A stretch of DNA of 64,000 nt from positions 558,001 to 622,000 of the forward strand of contig CP060759.1 of assembly GCA_023205875.1 (NCBI GenBank), in the 5' to 3' direction. The notes beneath the pieces were generated by a model, which was given only the letters and a program-made list of their open reading frames with translations, did not search any database and was not told the DNA's origin. Source of the stretch: Chloropicon primus. Lineage: Eukaryota. A program made the position numbers and the translations under genes. Positions 52,801 to 61,939 of this stretch are shown piece by piece; positions within the stretch are counted from its first letter, which is position 1; the number at the start of each line of letters is the position of its first letter.

Positions 52801-53960
52801 TGGATGAAGTGGTGGGCAGACTGGAGGAGACAACCCAAAAGCTTTCCGAGCTGAAGGTGAAGGGCGATGCCTCCTCTGACGGGGTGGCGATGTACTCCAA
52901 GAGGGGGGGTGGCAAAGTGTACAACACCCAGGTGTTTGGGCAACACCTGCCAGTCACGATGGAGAGCAAAGGGTGCGTGTGGAGCGTTCGCGAAGTTTCG
53001 GCAGGTGATATTTTGTGCGTACTGAGGGGGGACATGGGCGGCTTTGATGGAAGGGCGGTGCTCGCGAATGATGACGAAACGATTGGCGCGACTGTCGAGT
53101 TCCTGGCAAAGGTCTGGGAAACCTTCCTGAACGGAAAAGAGATGCTCCTTTCCGCAAAGGGCGATTTGAAGCTCCAAGACATAGACGACATCCAGTCCTA
53201 CTTGAAGCTTTCCGAGCTGATTGCCAGGGTCCAGAACTTCAGGTGCAACGTATCGAACAAACTCTTCGAGCAATTCCGCATCGTACAGGCCAAAATGAGG
53301 GTGGAGCAGCGCGTCTCAGAGCTTCGACATAAATTGTCGGATGCCTCCCTTCAACAAATGCCAGAGTTCCACCAAAGAATCGCTGTCCTTCAGCAGTTCG
53401 GGTACCTGGACCACATGCAACTTGTGCAGATGAAAGGTCGAGTGGCTTGCGAGATACAGTCCTGCGATGAGCTCCTGGCGACGGAGATGATCTTCAGGGG
53501 GGTCCTGACTTCCCTCAAGCCGGAGGAAGCCATATCTCTCATCTCCTCCTTGGTGTTCCAAGGCGGCAGGAGTGACGAGGAGGGGGAGATGGACGTGGAC
53601 ACGAGCCTCAGGCAGAAATGCGAGGAGCTCACTGCACTCGCTCTGGAGATTGGAGAGATGCAGCAAGTGTGCCAGATGCTTATCCCCCCGGAGGACTACC
53701 TCAGATCCTGCCTCAACTTCGGCCTCGTGAAGGTGGTCTACGAGTGGGCTTGCGGGAGGGAGTTCAAGGAAATCTGCGACTACACCGATGTCATGGAGGG
53801 GACCATCGTGCGCACGATCATCCGTCTGGAGGAGACCTGCAGGGAATTCAAGGACGCCGCCAGGGTGATGGGCGACCCTCACCTCCTGAAGCTCATGGAG
53901 GAGGCCTCCTTCATGATCAAGAGGGACGTCATCTTCGCCGCCTCTTTGTATGTTCAATAG
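49890..53960 (+). CDS. SKI2: SKI2 DExH RNA helicase (cytoplasmic exosome cofactor)
   Basis: AHTSAGKT, YTSPIKTISNQK, DEVH, RPVPLEH, ETFAMGVNAPA, QMAGRAGRRG; long N-terminal extension; KRDVIFAASLY. Confidence 0.93.
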   Translation: MGFAGGEGKLLMDEYEAKYVTLRSSREVVEGLVAVPRGRETGSDEGLGWRAGSGEYNETLWCFPSAPTTSVEAVYDLRTRKLTSSETTSYSGNGGQGGAGAGSGLNAALDLAVREEEGTTRHGRTNAVSTSRRTFASATSTSVGDTSRWVDDLKRAVAKADVQLFAQAPGLRRSVWCTDAAEVEDFEAVEAVLEAEKSAAAVGTDDEAGGDEARENAAVASFGDVFTNKNFSTALEDFLGANDEAEEDEGEYDDDAASSEASRRKQVAYNVQSDPTLLGDDSEFEKLMDHLDKHDDFWYQAKQAGKSKDKKRWAVSERIENLDEAYKKAVTDPAMTFPFELDGFQKEAIIHLERNESVFVAAHTSAGKTVVAEYAFALASKHCSRAVYTSPIKTISNQKFRDFTDNGFDVGLLTGDVSIKPEASSLIMTTEILRSMLYRGANMIRDIEWVIFDEVHYVNDIERGVVWEEVIIMLPETVSIVCLSATVPNVVEFADWIGRTKRQNIYITGTMKRPVPLEHSVYYKEELYKVCEGPSFNPAGYKKLSSAHKEATAPKPIGASSKSKTQQGGSNKQQNNSQHNQNKRGQQHPGPRSSSRRGPNSQHRPPQRSQQQRFSKGHSLNTERTQLGKLLAILKKEDLLPTIIFAFSKKRCDLLAEYIRSRDMTTAEEKGEIHNFCSRSFSRLTGTDRSLPQINRVQDLLKKGIGVHHSGLLPIVREVVEMLFCKGLVKILFSTETFAMGVNAPARAVVFHSLRKHDGQSFRTLLSGEYTQMAGRAGRRGLDDFGTVIIACWDGIPGELELKKLITGSATRLQSQFRLTYNMILNLLRVDEMKIEDMIRRSFGEFHAQAALPNTKALLKKASKACTSLDMVEWPVDNDSFKETEVHEYTACVNEASKIGRYIMGKVQESHSVSTVLSVGRPVLYYQNSAGDVPQIAIICDMKNAPQKFGALGKAKKKLVLFVLHNKSMPMDEVVGRLEETTQKLSELKVKGDASSDGVAMYSKRGGGKVYNTQVFGQHLPVTMESKGCVWSVREVSAGDILCVLRGDMGGFDGRAVLANDDETIGATVEFLAKVWETFLNGKEMLLSAKGDLKLQDIDDIQSYLKLSELIARVQNFRCNVSNKLFEQFRIVQAKMRVEQRVSELRHKLSDASLQQMPEFHQRIAVLQQFGYLDHMQLVQMKGRVACEIQSCDELLATEMIFRGVLTSLKPEEAISLISSLVFQGGRSDEEGEMDVDTSLRQKCEELTALALEIGEMQQVCQMLIPPEDYLRSCLNFGLVKVVYEWACGREFKEICDYTDVMEGTIVRTIIRLEETCREFKDAARVMGDPHLLKLMEEASFMIKRDVIFAASLYVQ

Positions 53961-54086
53961 TAATTTATGACAACCCTCCCCCTTGTGATCCACTGCCCCT
54001 CGTTAGGCAACTCGGTCGGTGCCAAATCAAATGCTGGAGCGACAGCTCTCTCTCTCCTCTCTCTGGAAAAGGAAAACGAGGTCGAG

Positions 54087-55166
54087 ATGATGACGACGAC
54101 GACGACGCCCTTCGCGCTGACCCTCGCCAGAAGGGTTGCGGGCTTGAGGCTCTTCGGCGCCGACGCCTCCTCCGTCGCAGGCCTCGCGTACCGACAGCAT
54201 GGCGAGCCGAAGGACGTCTTGTCCCTGGAGCATCTGGAGCGAAAGCCTTTGGTGGAGGAGAGAAGCGTGAGAGTTGAGGTGATGGCGAGTAGTGTGAACC
54301 CGGCTGACTTGAACACGATTGAGGGGAAGTACCCGCTCAAACCTCCTTTGGCCGAGGACGGCATCGCCGTGGGAGGAAGCGAAGGGGTGGGGAAGGTCGT
54401 CGAAGCGGGCAGCGGCGTGGGATCCCTGAACGTCGGTGACATCGTCGTCCCAGTGAAAGCGAACTGTGGACTTTGGGCAACAGAAGTCACCGGGAGAGAG
54501 GAGGACTTTCAGATCGCGATCGGGAGGGATCAGGCGCAAGCCCTGCAGAAAGAGGCCATCACAAGGCTGGGCAGCTTGAGCGTGTGCTACAGCACGGCGT
54601 TCCAGCTTCTTGCTCCAGCTCAGCCAGGCGACGTGGTCATCCAGAACGGTGCCAGCGGTGCAGTTGGTCAAGCCGTCATACAGATTGCCAAGGAGCGGCA
54701 AGTGAGGACGATCAACGTGGTTCGAGATCCCCACAAGGAGGACTACTTAAGGGAACTGGGCGGAGACATCGTGACCTCTGACCTTGCGAAACTGAAAACG
54801 ATTTGCGCCGAGCTGCCAGCTCCCAAGCTGGCTCTCAACTGCGTTGGTGGGGAGTCCTCCGCAGCAATTGCCAAGCGCTTGGCGTCCAAAGGCCACCTCG
54901 TGACGTATGGCGGCATGGCTAGGGAGCCCGTCGTCCTCCCGACGCCCCTGCTCATCTTCAAAGGCATCACTTCGAGTGGGTTCTGGCTGAGCGGCCAGTT
55001 TTACCCCGAGAGCGACCACCGGCAAAGGCAGGAGATGATCGATTACCTCGTCGGCCTGGTTCTAGCAGGCAAACTGGGCGTGAGGACCAAGACCTTGGAC
55101 TTCCGCGGCGAGGCGCTGGAAGCTTTTCGACGGGAACACCAAGGAAAAGTCGTTTTCACCATGTGA
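54087..55166 (+). CDS. MECR: Mitochondrial trans-2-enoyl-CoA/ACP reductase
   Basis: VNPADLNTIEGKYP, G.EGVG.V, IQNGASGAVGQAVIQ, LALNCVGG, VTYGGM, GFW. The frame is open upstream to an ATG at 53967. Confidence 0.88.
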   Translation: MMTTTTTPFALTLARRVAGLRLFGADASSVAGLAYRQHGEPKDVLSLEHLERKPLVEERSVRVEVMASSVNPADLNTIEGKYPLKPPLAEDGIAVGGSEGVGKVVEAGSGVGSLNVGDIVVPVKANCGLWATEVTGREEDFQIAIGRDQAQALQKEAITRLGSLSVCYSTAFQLLAPAQPGDVVIQNGASGAVGQAVIQIAKERQVRTINVVRDPHKEDYLRELGGDIVTSDLAKLKTICAELPAPKLALNCVGGESSAAIAKRLASKGHLVTYGGMAREPVVLPTPLLIFKGITSSGFWLSGQFYPESDHRQRQEMIDYLVGLVLAGKLGVRTKTLDFRGEALEAFRREHQGKVVFTM

Positions 55167-55239
55167 AAAGGTGAGGCATCATATATATATATATATCTTA
55201 TAAAGCTTCACACAAAGTCAATGACGCGTGGAGCTCGTT

Positions 55240-56229
55240 TTAGATTATGTTTCCATCGGGAAAGCTTCGACGGCTGGTCTGGTCGACGTCGTACGACTGC
55301 AGAGAGTCCCCAATCGCCAGGTAAACCTTGCTACCGTTGGGTGTGAAGCACAAGCCAGAGATATCCCTATCTGCACCTCCCGCGTTCACCACTTGCTCGT
55401 AGGCGAACGTCCTCGCATCGACCACGTGGAACTTCGAGTAGTGCTCCGAGAACGCCATGAGATCCGTCAAGCCGCTGCTGAACTTGACCACCCTACAGGC
55501 AGTCTTATCCTGAGTTTGGAGCTTGGCCAACACCTTTGTGGACCTCAGGTCCCACACGCACACGCTCCCGTCTTGGCTCGCCGAGGCGAAGCACATCCCA
55601 GAAGAGTTCCAGGCGCAGCACATGCCGCTATCGCTGGCCTCCGAGAACGTCCTGATCCGCTGGTAGCCCGAGCTCTGACCCGCGCTGTACAAGTAGGTCT
55701 GGTTGCTGTCCCCCACCGCGACAAGGAAGTTCCCATCAGGGCTCAAGCTCGCGTAGTTGATGGCCACCGGAAAGGTCAGGGTGGCGATGACCGTCATGGA
55801 CGGAAGGCTAAACACCTTGACGGTCTTGTCGTTGTTGCTCAGGAACAGCCTAAGCTCCCCAGAGCTGTCTTTCCCGATGTGTAGCGCGTTGTTCACGTTC
55901 CCGCCCACGTAATTTTTGCATATCGTCGTCCCTTCCGTCAGGGAGAAGACGTCCAGCTCGCTTTTCGTGCCCCCCGTGGCCAGAAACCCGTGAGCCACCG
56001 TCATGGATGTCGGCTGGTAATTCAGCTGCTGCACCACCCTCGAGTGAGACGTCGCCGTGTCATACAGCACCACCTTCTCGCCATTCACGCAATACACCTC
56101 AGAAGACGAGTTCTCCGAGCTCGAAACCAAGTCCCGGAGCTGCCAGTGCTGGATGGTCGTCGGCTGGATGTACGACCCAGCCGGCCGTATGAACTCCGCC
56201 TCCTCCGTCTGCGTATAAGGACTAGGCAT
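55240..56229 (-). CDS. WD40-repeat protein (DUF2415-like)
   Basis: TIQHWQLRDL, SNNDKTVK, FASASQDG.VCVWDLR, AFSEH..KFHVVDAR, DISGLCF. Confidence 0.82.
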   Translation of the reverse strand: MPSPYTQTEEAEFIRPAGSYIQPTTIQHWQLRDLVSSSENSSSEVYCVNGEKVVLYDTATSHSRVVQQLNYQPTSMTVAHGFLATGGTKSELDVFSLTEGTTICKNYVGGNVNNALHIGKDSSGELRLFLSNNDKTVKVFSLPSMTVIATLTFPVAINYASLSPDGNFLVAVGDSNQTYLYSAGQSSGYQRIRTFSEASDSGMCCAWNSSGMCFASASQDGSVCVWDLRSTKVLAKLQTQDKTACRVVKFSSGLTDLMAFSEHYSKFHVVDARTFAYEQVVNAGGADRDISGLCFTPNGSKVYLAIGDSLQSYDVDQTSRRSFPDGNII

Positions 56230-56421
56230 CGTGCTCCCCTCTCAACCTCTCAACCTCTTCCTCCAACTCTCTCGGCTTCTTTCTCCAAAATGGAAACTCA
56301 AAATTTTTGGACTTTTGCATAACGCCCGAGCACAGAGGCTGAGCGCACAAACTTCGGCCACGACTGACTTGACCTCAGGGACGCTTGCTGGCGGTACGGG
56401 GTTGGTTGTTGGTTGCTGGTT

Positions 56422-56485
56422 GTCCCGGCGACGTTGCTTGGTCGTCCCGGTGACGTTTGCTTGGTCGTCCCGGTGACGTTTGCTT
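56422..56485. repeat. Tandem repeat, about 3 x 23 bp
   Basis: Unit GTCCCGGTGACGTTTGCTTGGTC; first copy slightly degenerate. Confidence 0.88.
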
Positions 56486-56504
56486 GAGACACGGGAAGGG
56501 GGTG

Positions 56505-57548
56505 ATGGAGGAAGGGGGTAGCAGAGTGGAGAGGAAGAAGGGGTGGAGGGAGAAGGTGGGCAAGGTGGCCCTCGTCGTGGTGTCCTTCTTGCCCCTGGTA
56601 GTCGCATTCGCGGTGCCAGACTTCAGGATCGCCACGACGTGTGCGTTTGGAGCTTCGGTGTTCGACTTCGCACTGGACTTTTACCGCCTGAAAACGGGTC
56701 GGACAAAAGTCTTCCCGAAGGTCCTGAACGCGGTGTTCCTGAGTCTATTTGGTATTTTGACGGTGCTGATGTGGGCAGACACCAAGAGGGACACCGTTTA
56801 CATTGTTTGGGACGGTAAGCGCGTCCGAATTCCGCGACCGTGCGCCAGTGCGCTGACTTTCCTTTCCCGTCTGCCTCCTCAGGTTTCATCATCATGGGCA
56901 CCGTGACCTTTTGCATTACCGTAATGACCCTCGCGGGGCACCCCTTTGTGAAGGTAGGTGGTGGATGGAATGGCCCTCACCTTCCTCCCTTGTCGCTCGT
57001 CCGACTCCAGCGCACAGTGCCACTGACTCTGCTCCCTTTCGCTAGGACTTCATGGTCGATTCGTTCGACGACGCCTGCCAGCTCGAGAGTCCACTGGTAC
57101 TTCACTCGATGAGATTCATGAACTGGGCGTGGACTTTGATGTTCTTCATGATGGCTGCAGTGTACTTGGTTGGCGCGGTCACCTTGACTGTGGGCTCGCC
57201 TGGCGAGCAGTTCCAGTTGGCTTTCTGTAACCCTGCGTATCTCACCTTCGTTTTCCTCATCGCTGGATTTGGTCTGAACGCATATTACCCGAAGAGGTTC
57301 AAAGGTGAGCCGCTCCTTGTGTCGCACCAACGAGCGTCGGAGTCCGACACTGACGCCTTCTCATCCCCCGGCTTGACTCCTACCGCGATGCAGACCCAGC
57401 ATTCAGGTCGAAGCTCCTGCGTAAATACGACAAAGAGATGGAGGCCTGGTGTACCAAGTACCCAGAGCAGGAGTGGAGCAAGCTGTATTTTGAGGGAAAG
57501 GCTCAGGCGAACGAAGAGAGGGGAGATGATGATGATGCATTACATTGA
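56505..57548 (+). CDS. Uncharacterised multi-pass membrane protein, 4 exons
   Basis: Exons 56505-56814, 56883-56953, 57046-57304, 57394-57548 with consistent GT-AG phases (1, 0, 1); about 6 hydrophobic segments. Confidence 0.72.
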
Positions 57549-57551
57549 ACT

Positions 57552-60500
57552 TCACCCATTTGCCTTTGCTAGCCTGAAGCACTCCAAGCGAAAGTGCTTG
57601 GTGAAGTACTGCTCGAACGTTTCAAAGCCGCCTCCGATCCGCACCATCAGCAAGTCATTCAAAATAACGAGCTTAATGTTTTTCGTGCCAAACTTGTAGG
57701 ATCCTTCCAGGTGTCTCTCCTTGCACGGCTTGATCGTTTCAACAAGCTTGCAGATGTCTTGATCTTCGCGAAAGTACTCGAGAAGCTCTTCCTTGAGCTC
57801 TCGGATATCGTCTCTCGTGGGGGCCTTGGGACCCAAAACTTCTTTCAGCGGGGCCTGGCCCACCTTCAGATTTGCTTCCCTCTCCCCTGGGAGAAACGGC
57901 TCTCCAGGAGAAAAGTTCATGAAACCGCCCCCGGATGGAATTGCGGAACTTTTGGACTTGGCCACCGAGCTCTTGACAGGCCCGCCCTGCTTTCGGGCCG
58001 CCGCCGCTTTGGTATTCTTCTGAAAGGTGTCCGAATTCGTGAGCCTGGCTGAGACAATTTTCATGCCACGCAAGGCCGCCATCCACGACCGATGCAGAAG
58101 CTTGTCCACGTCGCTCTCCGTGGCCTCGACCTGGGAGATCCCCTTGATGCCGTTCGAAATACAGGAGAACACTTCGTTCGACGGATCTACAAGCAGGTTG
58201 CCCAGGGATGCCAGCTGGTGCAGGACTTGCAAGCGATGCATCGAGGCAATGATCTTCTGTTGCAAGATCAGCCTAGCTTCCAGATCCAGGGGGCTTTGGT
58301 CTGCGATGCACTGCCAGCCAGCGATGTCCGATTCCAGTGCAGCGATGGCCTCATTCATTTCGAAAACTTCGTCCTCGAAATCGAAGTTGAGGCGCTCCAT
58401 CAATCGCTCCATGTGACGGGCGTGCTGCTCTCCCATCATTCCCTCTTTGCTGAGGAGCATGTCACCCCACTGGTCATCCGGGCAAAGAGCCGCTTCCGTG
58501 ATAATGCTCAGCAACGCATTTTCCCACTCCTCAGGGAAGATGCTGAGGTCGTAAGTCTCCTCGCTCCCCAAAGGCGGTGTTCCCGAGCCTCCCTCCTTGC
58601 GGACGTGCAGAAGCTGTGACTTCATCAGGACTTGGCGCTCCAATTCGTCGATCCTTGCCTTGTAACCGGATATGTGCTTCTGGAATTCGTCCTTCAAAGC
58701 AACAGTAGCTTCTGAGATCTTTTCGCCGAGCTCCAAATTCATCTTTGCTTGCCGCTTCTGCTCCACGTTCATTCTTGCTTTTATGCCCTCCATCACTTGC
58801 GGGGAGTTGAACGCGGGATAAGGACTGCTCAGCACGCTTCCAACTCCTTGAAAGTATTCCACCTTCTGCCCAAAGGTTTTCTTCGAGGGAGTGTTCTCTC
58901 CATCACCTTGGTTCTCCACTCCTTCGATGCCCGCGTAGGTTTGGAAGATGTTGTCCCTGATTTTCGTCAGGCACGTGACCAAGGCCTTGTTCTCCTTCAA
59001 AAGCTTGGGGTTGTTCAGAAGCTGCAGCAAGTCCAAAAGGTTTGCCTGAAAGTCCTCATTCAAGCTGGACAGGAAAGGCTGGGGCTCCTCTGCCTGCGAC
59101 GCGAGCTTCAGCTGCTCGATCTCCTCCAGGAAGGCAGCCCTCTCGTCCTCCCACTGCTCTTGCATTAGCTCCATCGTGTCCTTAGCCTGCAAGCTGTTCT
59201 CACGGTCCACCTTCAGGTGCGAGATCTGCCCCTGAAGAGAAGAGCAAAGATTGGCTTGCTCTTTCATTCTGGTCTCGGCATCCTCGATCTTCTTCACGAG
59301 CTCCTGCACGAGTTCAAAGTGGCCTTCCATTTCCATCGCTTCGCTTTGCTGCATGTCCACAGCAGCCTGCAGCTCCTCTTGCTTCTTGGCCAGGAGGCTC
59401 TGTTGCTCTTCCAGCGCGGACTCGAGCTGCGACTTTGAATCCTGGAGCCCCTCGATTTCTGCCTGCATTCGACCCATTCTGGTGACCACCGACTGAGCGA
59501 GATCTTTCAGGCAGGTCCCGGCGCTTTCGCTGCCCCCCAGCCCTTGCTCGATCTGCTTGGCTGCAAGCTCGTTCTCTTCCCTCAGCTGGCGCGAAGCTTC
59601 GGACAGCTCTGCTTCGTTGCTGAGCGCGGTTTGTAGCTTCGAAGCCAAGCTGGAGAGCTCCCTTTTCATCTCCAGCTCTCTGCCTTCGCAAAAGTACTCC
59701 TTCTCCCTCAACTCCGCCAACTTCCTGTGGAGCCTCTCGTTCTCTTGCGACAGCGAGGACAGCTCGCTCGTGTAGTGCTTTTTCTGCGTCTGGACCGACT
59801 CTGTGAAGACCTTAATGTCGCCGAGGAGGTCTGCCATGGTATTGATTCTCGCTCCGGGCCTCTTCTTTTGCCAGAACTGCTTGATGTGGTGAATTTGCCT
59901 GACCAGCGCAGCCATGTCCTTGTGCTGCTTCCCCAGCACCATGTTGAGCCCGTCGTGAACTTTGTCGATCGCGGTTTCGATCGAAAACTGGTCGCTCTTG
60001 CCGAAGTGAAGTTCCTTGACGACCGACTCGCGCCTCTTGTGGGGGAGGGCGCTCACGCTCGAGCGCAGCGACATCCGCCCGCTTCTCGCGGGCCTCGCCC
60101 TGTCAAGCTGCTTGGGGATGTACCCGCTCTTCCAGGCGACGGGGTGCTGGCCCCCCTCCAACTCGATGCTCGCGTGAAGGGGCTTGCCTCTCCAAGCCTT
60201 CGAGGCCACGGTGTCTTCGACGAGCTCCCGAATGCTTTTGAACTCAGAGTACCTCGACGACGAGTTGCGCGGACCGGACGCCGAGTCCTCGTCTGCGAGA
60301 GCGCAGGCGTGCTCTTCGTTCTCCACCCCCGCGGCCACCTCCCCCGCTTCCCCCACCTCGTGAGCTCCTCCTCTCCCTTTCGGGAGACATGGACCCCTCC
60401 CGAGCTCCCGCACCTCCGCGGTGTCCGCGTTCACGTCACGCGGAAGGAGCACAGGGAGAGGGCGCCCCTCCTCGATGTCGTAACTCCTTTCCGACGCCAT
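57552..60500 (-). CDS. Long coiled-coil protein with C-terminal GAS2-related (GAR) domain
   Basis: C-terminal GSYKFG...LMVRIGGGFETFEQYFTKH matches the GAR signature (Y.FG...MVRVGGGW..L..YL.KH). Confidence 0.8.
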   Translation of the reverse strand: MASERSYDIEEGRPLPVLLPRDVNADTAEVRELGRGPCLPKGRGGAHEVGEAGEVAAGVENEEHACALADEDSASGPRNSSSRYSEFKSIRELVEDTVASKAWRGKPLHASIELEGGQHPVAWKSGYIPKQLDRARPARSGRMSLRSSVSALPHKRRESVVKELHFGKSDQFSIETAIDKVHDGLNMVLGKQHKDMAALVRQIHHIKQFWQKKRPGARINTMADLLGDIKVFTESVQTQKKHYTSELSSLSQENERLHRKLAELREKEYFCEGRELEMKRELSSLASKLQTALSNEAELSEASRQLREENELAAKQIEQGLGGSESAGTCLKDLAQSVVTRMGRMQAEIEGLQDSKSQLESALEEQQSLLAKKQEELQAAVDMQQSEAMEMEGHFELVQELVKKIEDAETRMKEQANLCSSLQGQISHLKVDRENSLQAKDTMELMQEQWEDERAAFLEEIEQLKLASQAEEPQPFLSSLNEDFQANLLDLLQLLNNPKLLKENKALVTCLTKIRDNIFQTYAGIEGVENQGDGENTPSKKTFGQKVEYFQGVGSVLSSPYPAFNSPQVMEGIKARMNVEQKRQAKMNLELGEKISEATVALKDEFQKHISGYKARIDELERQVLMKSQLLHVRKEGGSGTPPLGSEETYDLSIFPEEWENALLSIITEAALCPDDQWGDMLLSKEGMMGEQHARHMERLMERLNFDFEDEVFEMNEAIAALESDIAGWQCIADQSPLDLEARLILQQKIIASMHRLQVLHQLASLGNLLVDPSNEVFSCISNGIKGISQVEATESDVDKLLHRSWMAALRGMKIVSARLTNSDTFQKNTKAAAARKQGGPVKSSVAKSKSSAIPSGGGFMNFSPGEPFLPGEREANLKVGQAPLKEVLGPKAPTRDDIRELKEELLEYFREDQDICKLVETIKPCKERHLEGSYKFGTKNIKLVILNDLLMVRIGGGFETFEQYFTKHFRLECFRLAKANG

Positions 60501-60747
60501 GGCGTCCCTCCTTCCTTCCGTTTGCGCTCTCTGCCTCCCGCGCCCGCGTCGTCGCTCGACTCACCCTCACCTGTCGTAACGGCTAGGCTCAATTTTGAAT
60601 CCTGGACCACAGGAGATGATGGTGAGGGGGGGGGGTGGAGCATTGGGGACATCATTGGTTCCGCCTGGGAAGGAGGGGGCGGGGGAGGATGCAAGAGAAG
60701 GCTCAAGATCCTTCTTCGACGACATTTGCGGGGGAAGGGATACCTGG

Positions 60748-60777
60748 CTTCTTCTTCTTCTTCTTCTTCTTCTTCTT
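60748..60777 (+). repeat. (CTT)n microsatellite
   Basis: About 10 units. Confidence 0.9.
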
Positions 60778-61039
60778 GTTGGGAGGTACAACCGGGCGGA
60801 TTGGGAGCGGGTGCGGGGAGGAGACAATAATGTTTTCGGGGTGGTGCGGACGAGCGAGGAACGAGGTTCCGGGGCACCGACTTGGAGGGCCTTGACCTGA
60901 TCTGAGGGAGATCGGATTGCCTTCCCAGCCAAAAGGAGAAAGGGGCCTTGAGTCCCGCCGCTTTGGAATCTTCGGAGCACGCCACGCCCTCGAGTAGGAG
61001 TAGGAGCAGGGGTGGAGGAATATGGGAAGAATATTTATC

Positions 61040-61636
61040 TTACAGTATCGTAATAGCCCGTCCAAGCAACTCAGAGAGCTCGTCCGAGAGCTTGTCATGC
61101 ATTTTGTGGTTGTCCCTAGAGTAAACCCAGCTGCCCTCCTCGGTCGAGTAGTCGTATCGAAACGGGCCGCTGACGGGTGACGACAGCCAGATCTGTTTGT
61201 TCGGGGCCTGCTTGTTGATCACGTAAGTTCCCAGATCCCCCAAGTCCAGCTCCAGGACTCCAGACTCGTAAGTCACGTCGGAGCTCTCCACCTCCTCGGC
61301 CTCCAGGAGCTCCTCCAGCTGGTCCTGCAGGCTGTCGAGGGTGCCATCCGCGATGCGGTTGAAGTCAACAGGAGCCTTGCCGCTCTCGCCTGGAGCGCCC
61401 GTCGCGAAAGACGGCGCCGGGATCCTCGTCGCCCCCACCCGCGCCAGCCCGACTCCACTCGCTACGCCACTGCTACTACGCGTTTCGCCTCCGAAAGCGA
61501 AAGCCTTCATCTCTTTCGAGGAGGGATCTTTCGCGAGCGACGGCAGGGCCCCGGTCGCCGTCAACAACCCGCCTCCACGCATCGCTCCCTGCCCTTCCAG
61601 TCGCCACAGCGCACCAAGGACGCCCTTTCCGCGCAT
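61040..61636 (-). CDS. FXN: Frataxin, mitochondrial
   Basis: GVLELDLG..GTYVINKQAPNKQIWLSSPVSGPFRYDY; presequence-like N-terminus. Confidence 0.95.
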   Translation of the reverse strand: MRGKGVLGALWRLEGQGAMRGGGLLTATGALPSLAKDPSSKEMKAFAFGGETRSSSGVASGVGLARVGATRIPAPSFATGAPGESGKAPVDFNRIADGTLDSLQDQLEELLEAEEVESSDVTYESGVLELDLGDLGTYVINKQAPNKQIWLSSPVSGPFRYDYSTEEGSWVYSRDNHKMHDKLSDELSELLGRAITIL

Positions 61637-61939
61637 GGTTGGCAAGCACTCGAGAAGTCCTCGTCACCTCCTCTCCTGGTGGGACGAAAAGAATTCCACC
61701 TCGTGGCGGGAAACCTGGAGTGGGATAATCTTGGGAAGGAAGGGACAACCCAATGAAGGGAAGGACAACCCAATGGACGAAATAAGAGAGTGACTTATTC
61801 ATTGCATTGTCATTGTCATTGGATTGCAGATCGTCTTGCATGCAAAATGGTTGGTTGTTTAAGAGCAATGGCGCTGAAAGAAAGAAAAACAGACGCCCCA
61901 CTCTTGTCGTGCTCGCTTGAGGAGGAGGCCCCATTGCCC

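Noticed and set aside
2524..53960. RNA-decay gene cluster (CCR4, MTR4, SKI2)
   Set aside because: Genes are about 17-25 kb apart with unrelated genes between; compatible with chance in a gene-dense genome.
56422..56485. CRISPR-like interpretation of the short repeats (also 1399-1600 and 28077-28328)
   Set aside because: No array of unique regular spacers, no cas genes, eukaryotic context.
60830..60995. GC-rich foldable stretch between the GAR gene and frataxin as SRP, RNase P or snRNA
   Set aside because: None of the conserved motifs of 7SL, RNase P/MRP or U snRNAs were recognised.
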